Positions 62,695 to 63,232 of a DNA stretch of 63,232 nt are shown one piece after another. Positions within the stretch are counted from its first letter, which is position 1; each line of letters begins with the position of its first letter. Source of the DNA: Candidatus Zixiibacteriota bacterium (GTDB lineage Bacteria > Zixibacteria > MSB-5A5 > GN15 > JAAZOE01); NCBI GenBank assembly GCA_043819555.1, contig JBDREQ010000067.1:1-63232 (forward strand). The letters are read 5' to 3'. A program made the position numbers and the translations under genes. A model generated the notes under the pieces. That model ran no database searches and was not told the origin of the DNA. It was given only the letters and a program-made list of their open reading frames with translations.

Positions 62695-62997
62695 ATGGAA
62701 CTTGTAAACGACGAGATTCGCAAAGACCTACCTCCACTCTACTCAATGGAATCTGAGTCCGATCCAACACTCCGAGTGAAATTCTTCACTCCGGATGCGA
62801 ACTGGACTTGGTATGTCATCGAATTCGATGGCGATGACCTTTTTTTCGGTCTTGTAATCGGGTTGGAAACAGAGTTAGGATATTTCCGGCTTTCTGAGCT
62901 TCAGGAAATTCGAGGCCCACTCAATCTACCTATTGAGAGAGACTTGTACTTTACCCCCGTTCCTCTTTCACACGTCCACCAAATACGACGAGTTTGA
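62695..62997 (+). CDS. DUF2958 family protein
   Basis: VKFFTPDANWTWY..E.D....FGLV.G.E.ELGYF.LSEL..IRG.L.LPIERD.YF. Confidence 0.88.
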   Translation: MELVNDEIRKDLPPLYSMESESDPTLRVKFFTPDANWTWYVIEFDGDDLFFGLVIGLETELGYFRLSELQEIRGPLNLPIERDLYFTPVPLSHVHQIRRV

Positions 62998-63012
62998 AAG
63001 AAGAATATACCC

Positions 63013-63051
63013 AAGAGGGCTTAGGATCTAATCTTAAACCCTCTTTTTTTT
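63013..63051 (+). terminator. Intrinsic terminator after DUF2958
   Basis: AAGAGGG...CCCTCTT stem followed by a T run. Confidence 0.75.
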
Positions 63052-63232
63052 CTTAGAATACAAAAAAGCAACATTCTGCAACAAGCTCTTGACAAGTGGA
63101 GTGTTATATCGTTTGTTATAGCATGTGATAACCGACCGCAAAGGCGCTGATCAGGAGAAAACTATTGAAATCTCAAAGTGATGATGCCAATGCAGGCTCA
63201 GCAAATCTGATTCTTCAACTTCGCCAGACGCT

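Larger units (their letters stand above)
56287..63232. mobile_element. Integrated element (IME/ICE-like island) inserted at the tRNA-Asp 3' end; far boundary lies outside the window
   Basis: Recombinase abuts the tRNA; cargo of defence, coupling-protein-like ATPase and recombination genes; word usage appears to differ from the host (CTAG more frequent). Confidence 0.88.

Noticed and set aside
63130..63165. GCAAA-containing leader as a c-di-GMP riboswitch
   Set aside because: The required paired stems and GNRA loop/receptor are not evident

Overview
Bacterial chromosomal window of moderate GC, probably from an FCB-superphylum organism. A Zixibacteria-like origin is inferred from a C-terminal dockerin-type repeat, a PorV-like protein, a group II GGGP synthase and an alpha2-type GlyRS. 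Bases 1-56.3 kb are mostly host genes: glyQS-recO-ftsB-eno, a heterodimeric ABC exporter, suhB, nfi, a phosphomannomutase, queG, acr3, peptidases, a TroABCD-like Mn/Zn ABC importer, recX-alaS-GGGPS-gmhA-waaL-like, and tRNA-Val(TAC) and tRNA-Asp(GTC). From the 3' end of tRNA-Asp to the window end is one arm of an integrated element. It carries a large serine recombinase whose last codons are the tRNA acceptor stem, an unannotated 57-aa ribbon-helix-helix gene, a TIR + caspase-like protease pair (type IV Thoeris-like anti-phage system), a soluble VirD4/TrwB-like ATPase, an annealase + Cas4-like nuclease pair and DUF2958. The best candidate for an undescribed system is a ~10 kb AmmeMemoRadiSam locus in which the radical SAM enzyme and one DUF362 protein carry Tat signals and the Memo-AMMECR1 fusion carries a Sec-type signal, next to a membrane polyferredoxin and a membrane spermidine-synthase-like protein. 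Other oddities: alaS with a probable AUU start and an AT-rich internal domain duplication, an EndoV lacking a catalytic Asp, a PPDK-like protein paired with an Asp-to-Glu pseudo-receiver, leaderless genes and REP-like repeats. All protein calls come from motif recognition by eye; no searches were run.
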